Source: Verrucomicrobiota bacterium (GTDB lineage Bacteria; Verrucomicrobiota; Verrucomicrobiia; Limisphaerales; AAA164-E04). From it: DNA of 64,000 bases. The stretch is from positions 4,064,001 to 4,128,000 of the forward strand of contig CP170459.1 in assembly GCA_047947115.1 (NCBI GenBank), read 5' to 3'. Both the position numbers and the translations under genes were made by a program. Below, piece after piece: positions 1-10,538 of the stretch. A model generated the notes under the pieces. It ran no database searches and was not told the DNA's origin. It was given only the letters and a program-made list of their open reading frames with translations. Position 1 is the stretch's first letter. Every line of letters begins with the position of its first letter.

Positions 1-1947
1 CGATGGAACACCTTTGGGTTCCTTCCCTACCCCAACAACGACGAAATGGATACGTTCAACGTGCTGATAGCACTGGATGCTTCACCTCAAATCACGCTCG
101 ACACGGACATCACCATTGAGAACCTCCACCTGGCCTCCAGTTTTATTGCGGGAGGTAACACATTGACTCCCCGGGAAGGTTTTATATGGCGAGGAGGCGG
201 GTTCAATGGCGGAAACGGAAGCCTTCATTCATTGAAGCCCATCCAGATGTCTGGTGGACAAAAATTTCTTCGAGGATTTCATGTTTACAGCCACATCGAA
301 ACTTCGTGGGTATCCGGCAATGTGGACTCACGATCGGGAGGGGTTTTTCACAACCAACCGGACTCGACCTTCAATGTGCTTTTTGATGGAGACTGGGAAG
401 CAGAGAGCGGACTTATTCCGGCAGAATTCATCAATCTTGGTCAATTTATCAAAACTCAATCCATCGGAATCACGCACATGGGGCCTGATTTCACGAACAC
501 AGGAGATGTTCTGGTGGAGACAGGCACTCTGAAGTTCTCCGGTAGGAAAAATAATCTGGGCAACATTCAGGCATCTGATAACTCATTGCTGGAATTCGCC
601 GGCGGTTACACGTCGGTTCCCGAATCCAGCTTGGTCAGTCGGGGATCAGTCCGATTCAATTCGACTCAGGATGTTGTGGAAATCCGGGGATTGTTCGATG
701 TGGGCAAGGAAACCGATTTCGCCGCGAAACAAACATTTTTATATCCCGAGGCACAATTTAAATCCGCTGGTGACACTGTTTACGTCAGAAACGGCAACAC
801 TCAATTCGATACTCAGGAAACTGTGGGGGTCAAGGAACTGTTTCTTGTTGAACGCGGTCAACTTCTCGGAAGCGATCCCATTTCGGTTCAAAACCGGTTC
901 ATCTGGTCAAATGGCACGACGCTGAGTGGTGATTCTCCCCTGTATAATGTCACCTTGGCTGAGTGGATCAAGCTGGAAACATCCGAGTTGCCGAGGATTC
1001 TTGGCGAACGTCCATTTGTGAATTTTGGCAAAGTGGAATGGTCCGGCGGTGACATGTTGATGTCATCCGACGCCACCATCGTAAACCAGAATGGAGCGGA
1101 GTTCACCATCCAGAAGAACATTATTGCAGGAGCGTTGAATGAAGGGGGAAAAGCTTCATTTCTCAATCAAGGCACTTTGAATGTGGAGAGTTCAGCATCT
1201 TCCGTGATCCTCGACCTGAATCTTGTAAATAAAGGAACCGTTCACTTTCCGAACGGTAGAATGATCATTGGCGGACATATTCAAGTGGAAGGAGGCACTT
1301 TGACCTCCGAGAATGCAATCATCTCCACCCCGGCCATGTCACTTCGCAACGGCACCTTTACGGGATCCGCCATTTTGCAAGGACATTTGGACATCAGCCA
1401 AAAAACCGCCGTTCGAACAGCTAGATCCGGTCTGCAGGTGCGTGGCAACTTGGAATGCGCCCCTGATGTGGAGTTCATTCTTTCCGTCAGTGAGGAACAA
1501 GCTCAACTTCAGATTCCTCCGCTGGATGTTACCGGGACTGCTTCCTTGGGGGGGGCGATGCTGATTGAATTTAAAGGGGATTGGCAGCCCGAATCGGGTC
1601 ATCGCATTCCGGTGTTGAGATCCCAGTCCATTGTCGGCAAGTTCAGGAACATTTTTCCATTTCGGTTGAACGAAACCATTTCACTCATGCCTGTTTACGA
1701 AGATGAAATGTTATGGTTGATGCCGTTCGACGATGGAGGGGAGTTACCTGTGTTGAATGTGTTTCTGTTGAACAATGAAGTACTGCTCACCTGGCCCCGG
1801 CATTTGTCCAATTACCGGGTTCAGGCCAGAGGATCTGTATTTGAAGGCGAGTGGACAACCCTCAAAAAAACTTTGGTCAACTACATGAAGCTACCCATTG
1901 AAGATGCGGGCATGACCTTTCGACTGATCAGGGCCGATGCACTTTGA
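1..1947 (+). CDS. Secreted beta-helix/autotransporter-passenger-like protein with verrucomicrobial C-terminal tail domain (5' partial)
   Basis: Frame 1 is open from base 1 (RWNTFGFLPYPNNDEMDTFNV...), so the true start lies upstream of the window. G/N/T-rich repeats (F.N.G...K, W.GG). Ends LLTWP..YRVQ...W...TFRL. Confidence 0.7.
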   Translation, partial: RWNTFGFLPYPNNDEMDTFNVLIALDASPQITLDTDITIENLHLASSFIAGGNTLTPREGFIWRGGGFNGGNGSLHSLKPIQMSGGQKFLRGFHVYSHIETSWVSGNVDSRSGGVFHNQPDSTFNVLFDGDWEAESGLIPAEFINLGQFIKTQSIGITHMGPDFTNTGDVLVETGTLKFSGRKNNLGNIQASDNSLLEFAGGYTSVPESSLVSRGSVRFNSTQDVVEIRGLFDVGKETDFAAKQTFLYPEAQFKSAGDTVYVRNGNTQFDTQETVGVKELFLVERGQLLGSDPISVQNRFIWSNGTTLSGDSPLYNVTLAEWIKLETSELPRILGERPFVNFGKVEWSGGDMLMSSDATIVNQNGAEFTIQKNIIAGALNEGGKASFLNQGTLNVESSASSVILDLNLVNKGTVHFPNGRMIIGGHIQVEGGTLTSENAIISTPAMSLRNGTFTGSAILQGHLDISQKTAVRTARSGLQVRGNLECAPDVEFILSVSEEQAQLQIPPLDVTGTASLGGAMLIEFKGDWQPESGHRIPVLRSQSIVGKFRNIFPFRLNETISLMPVYEDEMLWLMPFDDGGELPVLNVFLLNNEVLLTWPRHLSNYRVQARGSVFEGEWTTLKKTLVNYMKLPIEDAGMTFRLIRADAL

Positions 1948-2001
1948 TCGCCCGACAGCCACAGCTTGCCGCAATCCATCACACGGTCTATACTACCTAT
2001 C

Positions 2002-2931
2002 GTGAATAAGTTGATTACTCAGTTGACGAATGATTTATTGGCCTCCTATGCGGGTAAAGGGGGCATCAACCATCTTGATGGCGTCAACCTCCCATCCAAA
2101 TCGACAATCTCTGAAATCACTCAGGACCTTTTAAAATTACTTTTTCCGGGCTTTTTTGATGACCATTTGATCCATTCCTACGAGTTACGGATCGAAACGG
2201 CCAATCTGATGGACAGTGTCTTTGGCCGATTGGAGGACGAAGTTTACAAAAGCTTTTTGCATAATCCGCCGGAGGGGCTCAAAAAGGAGGAAACGAGATC
2301 ACTGTCTCACGAAGTGACCTGTGAAGTTCTAGGCAAATTGCCGGCTCTGCGGGAAATTCTTCACACTGATGTGGAAGCCGCATTCAATGGTGATCCGGCA
2401 GCCTTGAACCAGAACGAAGTCATTGTGGCTTATCCGTTCATTGAAGCCATTGCAGTCCAACGCCTAGCTCACGAAATGCACAACAGGAATATCCCGTTGA
2501 TTCCGCGTATCATGACGGAGTGGGCTCATGCCAGAACCGGTATGGACCTGCATCCAGGCGCAAAAATCGGCACTCATTTCTTTATCGATCACGGCACAGG
2601 GACCGTGATTGGTGAGACAAGCGTCATAGGAAACCACGTCAAAATGTATCAGGGAGTTGCTTTGATCGGTCGTTCTTTGAAAGGAGGTCAATCCTTGCGA
2701 GGCATCAAGCGCCATCCGACCATTGAAGAACGAGTTACTCTATACGCCAACGCGACCATCATGGGGGGGGATACCGTAGTCGGAGCGCGCAGTACCATAG
2801 GGGCCAATGTGTTTTTGACACACAGTGTGCCAGCGGATTCACTTGTTCTAACAGATGAAGTCAGTTTGAAGATCCTGAACAAACTGGAACACAGGGCAGC
2901 CCGAAAGCATTCAACCCCTGAAAACACCTGA
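2002..2931 (+). CDS. cysE: Serine O-acetyltransferase (EpsC/CysE type)
   Basis: GDPAA, DLHPGAKIG..FFIDHGTGTVIGET and KRHPTIE motifs. GTG at 2002 preferred over TTG at 1966. Confidence 0.9.
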   Translation: MNKLITQLTNDLLASYAGKGGINHLDGVNLPSKSTISEITQDLLKLLFPGFFDDHLIHSYELRIETANLMDSVFGRLEDEVYKSFLHNPPEGLKKEETRSLSHEVTCEVLGKLPALREILHTDVEAAFNGDPAALNQNEVIVAYPFIEAIAVQRLAHEMHNRNIPLIPRIMTEWAHARTGMDLHPGAKIGTHFFIDHGTGTVIGETSVIGNHVKMYQGVALIGRSLKGGQSLRGIKRHPTIEERVTLYANATIMGGDTVVGARSTIGANVFLTHSVPADSLVLTDEVSLKILNKLEHRAARKHSTPENT

Positions 2932-3047
2932 TCTCGATTTTAACGACCGGACAATCCATGGTGTGATCCAATTCACGGCCTTCCGTTCAAAAAACAAGTA
3001 AATCCTTCATCTTGAAGGCAGCATGGGATACCCCCTGAGATAACTTT

Positions 3048-3075
3048 TTGCGTAAAAGTCAAAGCGTGGTATATT
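3048..3075 (+). promoter_or_regulatory. Putative sigma70 promoter
   Basis: TTGCGT-N16-TATATT with TG extended -10, upstream of ATG 3099. Confidence 0.4.
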
Positions 3076-3098
3076 GCCTCACGTTGTTTTTTAATTTT

Positions 3099-3920
3099 AT
3101 GGATGTGTTCAGTCGTATCGGGTTGTCTGGAAGCAGTCGTTCTAAGGTTGATTTAATCGGTCTGAGGGGTGTTTTCAAAAAAAATGGCCGCAAAGAAAAC
3201 CAAGGATTTACCTTGGTGGAACTTTTGGTCGTGATCGCAATTATCGCCATACTGGCAGGATTGCTTCTTCCGGCGTTGAGTAATGCTAAAGCATCTGCTC
3301 AGCGCATCAAATGTTTGAGCCAAGTGAAGCAGCTTGCCTTGTCTTCCCAGCTTTATCGCGACGATTGGAAGGGCAATTTCCCGGCAAGAGCTGATGGCAT
3401 ATCTGATCAAAACGGGGTAGTCCCGACGAGTTGGCCCGGTTCACTCTTCCAGCATTTCCAATCCACCAACATGCTGCGCTGCCCCTCTGACAGAAAAAAC
3501 AATTTGGCAGGCGAACAAATTAATGTGGCGGACAAGGTATCCCGCTCTTACATCATGAATGGATGGAATGATTTTTATCTCGCTCGAATGAAGCGGGACT
3601 ACAATCTTGCAGCATTGAGCGGACTGTCTTTTAATGAAAGCTCCATCAACCAACCTTCCGATACCGTGGTGTTTGGCGAGAAAAAGGATAATTCACTGGC
3701 GCTCTACATGGATTTTCTTGAGGGTTTTGGAAATGATATCCGGGAAGTGGAACACGGGCGTCACAGCAGTTCATCCTCCCCCGAAAACGGATCATCAGTC
3801 TACGCCATGGCAGATGGCAGTGCCCGCCCCATGAAATTTGGAGGGTCTTTTCAACCTATAAACATGTGGGCAACAGAATCCATCTGGAGAACCAATACTG
3901 CCATTTTTGTTATCGAATAA
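3099..3920 (+). CDS. Prepilin-type N-terminal cleavage/methylation protein (DUF1559/H-X9-DG-like)
   Basis: [34 protein letters not shown] and RH...Y.MADG motifs. Start uncertain. Confidence 0.85.
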   Translation: MDVFSRIGLSGSSRSKVDLIGLRGVFKKNGRKENQGFTLVELLVVIAIIAILAGLLLPALSNAKASAQRIKCLSQVKQLALSSQLYRDDWKGNFPARADGISDQNGVVPTSWPGSLFQHFQSTNMLRCPSDRKNNLAGEQINVADKVSRSYIMNGWNDFYLARMKRDYNLAALSGLSFNESSINQPSDTVVFGEKKDNSLALYMDFLEGFGNDIREVEHGRHSSSSSPENGSSVYAMADGSARPMKFGGSFQPINMWATESIWRTNTAIFVIE

Positions 3921-3976
3921 TTTATCGCACACACAAATCTCATTGCTGTTTCCATTCCGGATCCGTGCAAAAAAGT

Positions 3977-4009
3977 AAAAGCCCCGCAGAAACTTTCGGC
4001 GGGGCTTTT
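3977..4009. terminator. Bidirectional intrinsic terminator
   Basis: AAAAGCCCCGC-N11-GCGGGGCTTTT between convergent genes. Confidence 0.85.
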
Positions 4010-4035
4010 GATTTGTTCGATGATGATCAGCAATG

Positions 4036-5370
4036 TTACTTCGAAGTAATCTTGTAAACCTTACCCTTCATGTTCATCAATCCATTGGAAACATTCGTCA
4101 ACAAATACAGTTCCCCTTCATCATCCTCACCGAAAGCCGTGATATAGGCTCCGATTTTCCCATTTGAAGGCCCCTCAACATCCAGAGCTTGAACAGACCA
4201 CTCACCGGAACCATTAACCGAGGCAGCAAGCAACACACCATCTGGCATTGCCCAATTTCTGCTCCAATCGGCGAACACGTAACGCCCTTTCAATCCCTCG
4301 ATCTTTTCTCCGCGGTAAACATAACCTCCAGTGACACTGATGCCGAAAGCATCCGAATCATTGCGAAATCCATTTTTGTTTTTGTATTCAAAAATAGGGT
4401 CAGTGAAAGAAACACCGCGTATGTCTTTTTCCGGGGACTCATCCGGCACTTGCCTGGGTTTGTCAGGATTGAATCCGTGCATTCCTTCGCGCAGGTTCCA
4501 TCCATAATTCGCACCTTTGGTGACGATATTGACTTCCTCAAACAGATTCTGACCGATGTCAGCGACGAATAATTGATGGTCCCCGCCCCGATCAAAACTG
4601 ATGCGCCAGGGATTCCGTAAACCCAGGGCGAAGATTTCCTTTCGATGCCCTTCTCCCTGAAACGGATTGTCGTAAGGAATGGCATAAGGATCCCCGTGAT
4701 TGACATCAATGCGAAGAATCTTGCCCAGTAGATTTGTCAAATCCTGACTATTCCCAATTTCCGAATGACCAATGCCCTTTCCATTGCCGTTCCCTCCATC
4801 TCCGCTGGCAATGTAAAGAAAACCATCTGTAGGGCCAAAAGCCAGAGAACCTCCATTGTGATTGAAATATGGTTGATCGTATTGAAGCAATATCTTTTCT
4901 GATTCCAGATCAATACGTTCGCCATCTTCCTTCATGGTGGTAAATTCGGAAACATGAGTGGTATGATTCCATTCACTGGAAGCTGAACTCCTGAGTGGGG
5001 CGGCGTAAGTGACGTAGATTTTACCGTTTTCTTTAAAATCAGGATGCGCCGCAACCCCCAGTATCCCGCGTTCGTCAAATCCAAGATTCAATTTCGTCAA
5101 ACGATGGGACAGTGACAAAAAAGGCTGCCCTCTCACGATGCCTCCCGAGGTGACCAGGTAGATGGTTCCGGCCTGATCCGCCACGAGCAATGAACCTTTC
5201 CCGTCATTTAACGGAGTCAAGGCGATGGGCGAAGTAAATCCCTCGGCAAATGGTTTTAAAGTCAGCGTTGGCAGCTCCGCCTTCGCTGTAACGGCTAACA
5301 AACCTGCCGTCAGCATGACGGCCGCGCTGTTTCGGAATGTTTGAATCCTGGAGAGTGGTTTTATGTTCAT
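4036..5370 (-). CDS. PQQ-dependent glucose/sorbosone dehydrogenase family beta-propeller, secreted
   Basis: ERGILGVAAHPDF, NHNGGSLAFGP.DG.LYI..GDGG, GLRNPWR.SFD, NYGW motifs. Signal peptide follows ATG 5370; the extension to 5823 overlaps dapB. Confidence 0.88.
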   Translation of the reverse strand: MNIKPLSRIQTFRNSAAVMLTAGLLAVTAKAELPTLTLKPFAEGFTSPIALTPLNDGKGSLLVADQAGTIYLVTSGGIVRGQPFLSLSHRLTKLNLGFDERGILGVAAHPDFKENGKIYVTYAAPLRSSASSEWNHTTHVSEFTTMKEDGERIDLESEKILLQYDQPYFNHNGGSLAFGPTDGFLYIASGDGGNGNGKGIGHSEIGNSQDLTNLLGKILRIDVNHGDPYAIPYDNPFQGEGHRKEIFALGLRNPWRISFDRGGDHQLFVADIGQNLFEEVNIVTKGANYGWNLREGMHGFNPDKPRQVPDESPEKDIRGVSFTDPIFEYKNKNGFRNDSDAFGISVTGGYVYRGEKIEGLKGRYVFADWSRNWAMPDGVLLAASVNGSGEWSVQALDVEGPSNGKIGAYITAFGEDDEGELYLLTNVSNGLMNMKGKVYKITSK

Positions 5371-5542
5371 GTTTCTAGTGTCATTGATTTGCATAATAAA
5401 ACTGAATCTGCAAAGAATACGGGGCTCACCGTCAGGTGACAAGTGGAGAGCGGAGGAATTTATCAGGCATCCGGTATTGATCCCCCCTCCCCTAACGATG
5501 TAAAACCCATCAAATCGAAGCGATAGCCATACGAATAACAGC

Positions 5543-6277
5543 ATGACAAACATTATCATAACAGGTTCCAAAGGACGCATGGGGGAAGCGCTCATACGTT
5601 GCGCCAAGGACCACGCTGACCTGAACGTTGTCGGTGAAATAGATATGGGAGACGATCTGAAACCATTATTGCCCCAGGCGGACGCCGTCATCGATTTCAG
5701 CTTCCACGAAGTCACTCGCACTTTTGCCGAACAGTGCGCGGATGCCGGGAAGGCCATCATTATAGGAACCACGGGCCATACCGAATCTGATCGTAGCGCC
5801 ATCCAGCAATTATCCAATCGCATCCCAATGGTCTGGGCGTCAAATTATTCAACCGGAGTCAACACCCTTTTTTGGCTGACACGAAAAGCGACCGAGATTC
5901 TCGGGCCCGATTTCGACCTCGAAGTCATCGAAATGCACCACCGCATGAAACGCGATGCCCCCAGCGGAACGGCTGCCACACTGGCAGAGATATTGGCTGA
6001 TGTGCGAAAAGCCCAGTTGAGTAAAGTCATCCGGCATGGCCGTGAAGGCATCGTCGGGGCCCGCACTAAGGAGGAAATTGGTATGCATTCGTTGCGTGGA
6101 GGCGATGTGGTGGGTGACCACACAGTTGTTTTCGCAACACAAGGCGAACGTGTTGAATTAACGCACAAGGCATCCAGTCGAGACACCTTTGCCAACGGAG
6201 CATTGAGAGCCTCAGGTTGGGTGGTAAAACAAAAACCCGGATTATACTCCATGCAGGACGTACTGGGTTTGACTTAA
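5543..6277 (+). CDS. dapB: 4-hydroxy-tetrahydrodipicolinate reductase
   Basis: G.KGRMG, IGTTG, IEMHHRMKRDAPSGTA, RGGDVVGDH. Confidence 0.96.
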   Translation: MTNIIITGSKGRMGEALIRCAKDHADLNVVGEIDMGDDLKPLLPQADAVIDFSFHEVTRTFAEQCADAGKAIIIGTTGHTESDRSAIQQLSNRIPMVWASNYSTGVNTLFWLTRKATEILGPDFDLEVIEMHHRMKRDAPSGTAATLAEILADVRKAQLSKVIRHGREGIVGARTKEEIGMHSLRGGDVVGDHTVVFATQGERVELTHKASSRDTFANGALRASGWVVKQKPGLYSMQDVLGLT

Positions 6278-6278
6278 A

Positions 6279-6821
6279 GTGAGAAAAGTTGGCGTAAATG
6301 GGAATAGTGACTGCGTTCCGGTATTGATCGCCATTGGGTCAAATCTGGGGAATCCCGAATCCAAGATTCAGGATGCTTTCCGGGAGTTGAAACGATTGAG
6401 TCGTGGACATTTCAAACAATCGTCTCTCTGGAAATCTGCACCGCTGGACTGCCCCGAAGGATCGCCCGATTACATCAATGCTGCCGTTTCCTTCACGGTC
6501 CAAGGAGGCACACAACCTGTATCGTTTCTGGAACATCTATTGGAACTTGAGGATCGCCTGGGGAGAAGGAGATCTGGCATACCCAACGAAGCACGCGTCA
6601 TCGATTTGGACCTCATCTGCTTCGGCTCGGTAATCCATCATGAAAAAAAGCTGATCCTGCCACACCCCAGGGCGCACTTGAGAAATTTCGTCCTGGCTCC
6701 TCTGGCAGAGATTGAGCCAACATTCGTCATTCCTGGACAGGGGAAAACGGTGAGCCAACTACTGGAAAATTTGGCAACCAGTGGTGGATCATCGGGCTTG
6801 AACCGAATCCATTCGACTTGA
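6279..6821 (+). CDS. folK: 2-amino-4-hydroxy-6-hydroxymethyldihydropteridine diphosphokinase
   Basis: IAIGSNLG, R.IDLDL, LPHPR...RNFVLAPLAEI. Confidence 0.93.
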   Translation: MRKVGVNGNSDCVPVLIAIGSNLGNPESKIQDAFRELKRLSRGHFKQSSLWKSAPLDCPEGSPDYINAAVSFTVQGGTQPVSFLEHLLELEDRLGRRRSGIPNEARVIDLDLICFGSVIHHEKKLILPHPRAHLRNFVLAPLAEIEPTFVIPGQGKTVSQLLENLATSGGSSGLNRIHST

Positions 6822-6850
6822 CAAACCCACAACCGAGCCCCCCCATCCCG

Positions 6851-8040
6851 TCATTCTTCCAAATGTATCCGAAAGAATGTCGCGAATGCACCAGGTTGGA
6901 TGATTGTTGATAGAGTCGCAGGAATCTGTACGGGAGCTATATCCTCAACAGGGAACCACTTCAAAAAATCAGAACTTTGCTCAAGGCGAACAAAGGTTCC
7001 CTCTGGTCCAGTAACATCAAACATCAGTTCACCAAGGTCATTCACGCAAACATACTCAACAATAATGGGTTCACGAGTAGCTTAAGACATTTTGTTCCAT
7101 ATTTTCAGGCTCGAAGTTTGACGATCCCACAACGATAGAAGCCCCACGTTGCCTTGATGATCTAATACCGGTTCCATTGAACGGATACTTCCCACGCTGG
7201 GACCAATGAGCATGATTTGGTTTTGAATACTTTGAAGATCCTGGGATAGGGACGCGATTCGCAGTTCCCTGGACTGGAAACCTTGACTCCAGGTGAGGGT
7301 CGGAGGGTTCGCATCAAAACCAGGCGCCCACTTGATCGAATTTGGTTGCACCGAGTTGAGCAACACCTGCTGCGATGTGATGGCGCTCACTTCGGGATTA
7401 AGGATCCCGGTCAACAGGTTTCCATCTGCATCTGCCCAGGCCAAAGCGAGTTGATTGTCTGGCGTGAGGATCAAATCGAGTGCATTGCCGAGATGGGTGG
7501 CCAAGGTCATCCGCGGTCCCGGGGTGGTATTTGTCCAATTGGCTCCCAGGAGTGTGCCCTCTGCCTTGAGTGCGGCATGCGCCCAGGATCCTTTGCGCAC
7601 CAATCTGACGGACCGGATGACTTCATTGGCCATGATTGTGTCAGGTTCGGACCATGAGGAGCCGTTCCAAATCGAAGTCATCAAATTGGCGACAGGAGAG
7701 GTCGGGCCCGCTGTCGTGTGGACCATTGCAACGGCGACTTCTTCATCGGAAACAGCAGCTTCGATCTCACGACACACGCCGTCGGTTTCGATCAGGGTGA
7801 CTGGAGTCGACCATGTTTGTCCCCCATGGTCGGTGATGGATGATTTGATCTTTGATTGAGGGTATGGATTCAGCGAATCATCTTGCTGAATTTCACACCA
7901 CATGGCCATCCATGATTCACCTCCCAAAGCGACGATGCTGGAGCTGATCATCCCATCGCTTTCGGTGATCACTCCGGCTCATCGAAGCCGGTTTCAGATT
8001 GCCTGGAAAACATTAATTTCATACGACCCTTATCCAAATC
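6851..8040 (-). pseudogene. Decayed secreted protein (BNR-like repeats plus C-terminal tail domain)
   Basis: ORFs 7082-7972 and 6851-7045 are in the same frame, split by one TAA at 7082-7084. A 1-nt frameshift near 7973 joins FSRQSETGFDEPE to VITESDG. No N-terminus found. Confidence 0.65.
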
Positions 8041-8272
8041 TCCACGAAACCACCCCTCCGACTCGCTGGCAATTTTGACGGCAACGGAACATTGGAGTTT
8101 TCGGATGACCAATCAATGGAGGTCCAGGGAAATGCGGATTTCAACGGACCAAATTTAGATTTCCCGAGATGATCCCACCCGCATCAAGGTCCAGCTTATA
8201 ATTCTGCCCAGACGCGATACAGCTCGTTTTTTCCGACTCAACATCAAAGTGCAGAACCCAACTCAGCCTTGA
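8032..8272 (+). pseudogene. Relic of a second secreted-protein C-terminal tail domain
   Basis: Manual translation: IQISTKPPLRLAGNFDGNGTLEFSDD[frameshift ~8110]NQWRSREMRISTDQI*ISRDDPTRIKVQLIILPRRDTARFFRLNIKVQNPTQP*. Confidence 0.5.
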
Positions 8273-8427
8273 GCAGCATTCAATCGTTGGTATCATTTTC
8301 ACCGGTGAGCAATCAGATTACCGACGGTGGAATAGTAAAAAAATCCACATTTTCAGAAAATGCCGGTCGCCACCGGGCAAGAGCCCCGATCGCAATGTGG
8401 AGGCAATACAACACCAAACACCTTTAG

Positions 8428-9546
8428 CTAGGTCAGTTTTCTAAAGCGTTGGTCCTTGGCAAGCATCTGCACCAATTGCTTAATCTGCTGACTGTGAGAT
8501 TTTGCAGCGATCAAGCAGGCGTCGTCTGTCTGCACAACGATGCAGTCCAGGATACCGATCAATGCAATCGGTCGTCCCTTTTTCTTTCGGGCATCGAAGA
8601 TAATGTTACCGTGTGAATCCAATTGCATCAGGTCACCACGAAAATAATTTCGATTGCCGTCGGATGCCAAGTGGCGTTCCAACGCCGTCCAGGATCCCAG
8701 ATCGTCCCAATCAAACGCACCCTCTGCCATGACCACATTCCCGGCTTTTTCCATCAGAGCGAAATCAATGGAGATCCGCTCGATATCCGGATATTCCTTC
8801 TTTAGGGCACGCTTCAACAATGTGGGCCGGTTTGCCAATCTGGTCCAGTTCCGGCACGCTTCAGCCATCTTGGGCCGATGGGTTTCCAGAGCGTGGAGAA
8901 ACGTCTCCACCGACCACACAAACATACCTGCGTTCCATCGATAATTCCCGGATTTTAGGAACCGTTTCGCTTTTGTCAGGTTGGGTTTCTCTACAAACTG
9001 GCGAACTTTCCAAAAGGGCGTTTGGATCTTCACTTTGCCCAGTTCCGGTTTCAACATCGAATCGGTCATGATGTATCCATACCCGGTGGCGGGTTCTGTC
9101 GGACGAATGCCGATCGTCACCAACGCTGGTTGCCTGGATGCCAAATGATAGCAATCTTTCAATACTCTTTGAAATTTCTTACGGTCTTGAATCAAATGAT
9201 CCGCTGGCAACACCGCCATCGTCGCTTTCGAATTGCGGCTCGCCACCAAAGCGGCTCCCAAGGATATGGCCGCGCAGGTGTCGCGCCCACAGGGTTCAGC
9301 AATGATATTCTCAACAGGCAAGTTAGGCAGTTGCTTTTTGACTTCGTTTGTCTGAGCCTGATTAGTGATGATCAGAATGTTGTCAATCGGCACGAGCTCA
9401 AGCACCCGATCGACGGTCTGTTGAAGAAATGACCGGTCTCCCAACAGCCTGATCAGTTGTTTGGGTGTTTTCTCACGACTGACCGGCCAGAATCGCTCCC
9501 CTCGCCCGCCGGCCATGACCAGGATGTAGCGGTCAAGCTGACTCAT
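8428..9546 (-). CDS. manC: Mannose-1-phosphate guanylyltransferase
   Basis: MAGGRGERFWPVSR..PKQ, EP.GRDT, LPADH, TGYGYI, FVEKP, WNAGMF, SIDFALMEK, WDDLGSW. Confidence 0.93.
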   Translation of the reverse strand: MSQLDRYILVMAGGRGERFWPVSREKTPKQLIRLLGDRSFLQQTVDRVLELVPIDNILIITNQAQTNEVKKQLPNLPVENIIAEPCGRDTCAAISLGAALVASRNSKATMAVLPADHLIQDRKKFQRVLKDCYHLASRQPALVTIGIRPTEPATGYGYIMTDSMLKPELGKVKIQTPFWKVRQFVEKPNLTKAKRFLKSGNYRWNAGMFVWSVETFLHALETHRPKMAEACRNWTRLANRPTLLKRALKKEYPDIERISIDFALMEKAGNVVMAEGAFDWDDLGSWTALERHLASDGNRNYFRGDLMQLDSHGNIIFDARKKKGRPIALIGILDCIVVQTDDACLIAAKSHSQQIKQLVQMLAKDQRFRKLT

Positions 9547-9558
9547 GTTATCAGGAAA

Positions 9559-10359
9559 TTAGAATTTTTTGATTGCATTGGACAAGGATCCTACAAATTC
9601 AGAAACGTGAGAAACAAGCGTATCCGATTTCCCCTCCTCGGCGATCTTATTGACCACAGCACTTCCGACAATAATGGCATCACCATATTCCGCCACTTGG
9701 CGCGCCTGTTCCGGATTGGAAATGCCAAAACCTATGGCGATCGGGAGTTGGGTTCGCTGACGGATAGTGCCGGTCATTTCTGAAATGGTTGACGAAATAC
9801 TGGATTGCATTCCCGTCACGCCTTCTCTTGATACATAATAGATGAATCCTTTTCCATGCTCGACGATGGATTGAATCCTTGCGTCGGGTGTCGTCGGCGC
9901 AATCAAAAACACTGGGCAAAGCCCGGCGTTCTGCATCAACTGACTGTAGTCCTCCGATTCTTCCGGCGGTAGATCCAGAATCAAAATTCCATCGGCCCCG
10001 GCATCGGCACTTTCCTGAATAAATCGCTTCAATCCATATCGGTGAAGCAAATTGTAATAAACGAAAAACACGATGGGGATTTCAGATTCTTTCCGAATGG
10101 ACTTCACCGTTTCCAACACGCCACCAGGTGTCGTGCCGGAATCCAATCCCCGCTGAGCGGCCAATTGGTTTACAAGGCCGTCAGCAAGCGGATCACTGAA
10201 CGGTATTCCAAGTTCCAGCACATCCGCGCCAGCATTGTCGAAGGCAAGAGCCAGTTGGCGCGTCGACTCCAGATCCGGATCTCCCGCGCCGATATAAACC
10301 ACCAGGCCCTTTTTACCTTGGCTCTTCAAATCGGCAAAACGTTGCTCAATACGATTCAT
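9559..10359 (-). CDS. trpA: Tryptophan synthase alpha chain
   Basis: AGDP, ELGIPFSDPLADG, DLPPEE, LIAPTT, YYVSREGVTG, GFGIS. Confidence 0.97.
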   Translation of the reverse strand: MNRIEQRFADLKSQGKKGLVVYIGAGDPDLESTRQLALAFDNAGADVLELGIPFSDPLADGLVNQLAAQRGLDSGTTPGGVLETVKSIRKESEIPIVFFVYYNLLHRYGLKRFIQESADAGADGILILDLPPEESEDYSQLMQNAGLCPVFLIAPTTPDARIQSIVEHGKGFIYYVSREGVTGMQSSISSTISEMTGTIRQRTQLPIAIGFGISNPEQARQVAEYGDAIIVGSAVVNKIAEEGKSDTLVSHVSEFVGSLSNAIKKF

Positions 10360-10480
10360 TTTTCAAATAGTTGGGTTTCCTGCGTCAGGATGCAAGAGTT
10401 AATCAAACCAACTGGAATGGTAATCGGTTTTTCTTCTTAGAAGCTTTGAATAATCGTCCCTATCATGAGTGCGGATATCA

Positions 10481-10513
10481 AGAAAGCGGTTCCCTTAACA
10501 GGAACCGCTTTCT
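10481..10513 (-). terminator. Intrinsic terminator hairpin after the Gfo/Idh/MocA gene
   Basis: Perfect 13-bp stem AGAAAGCGGTTCC-N7-GGAACCGCTTTCT. Confidence 0.7.
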
Positions 10514-10538
10514 CGTGAGTAATTCATTTGCCTTGGGC

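Noticed and set aside
5371..5823. N-terminal extension of the dehydrogenase ORF to 595 aa
   Set aside because: It overlaps dapB antisense; the signal peptide begins after ATG 5370.
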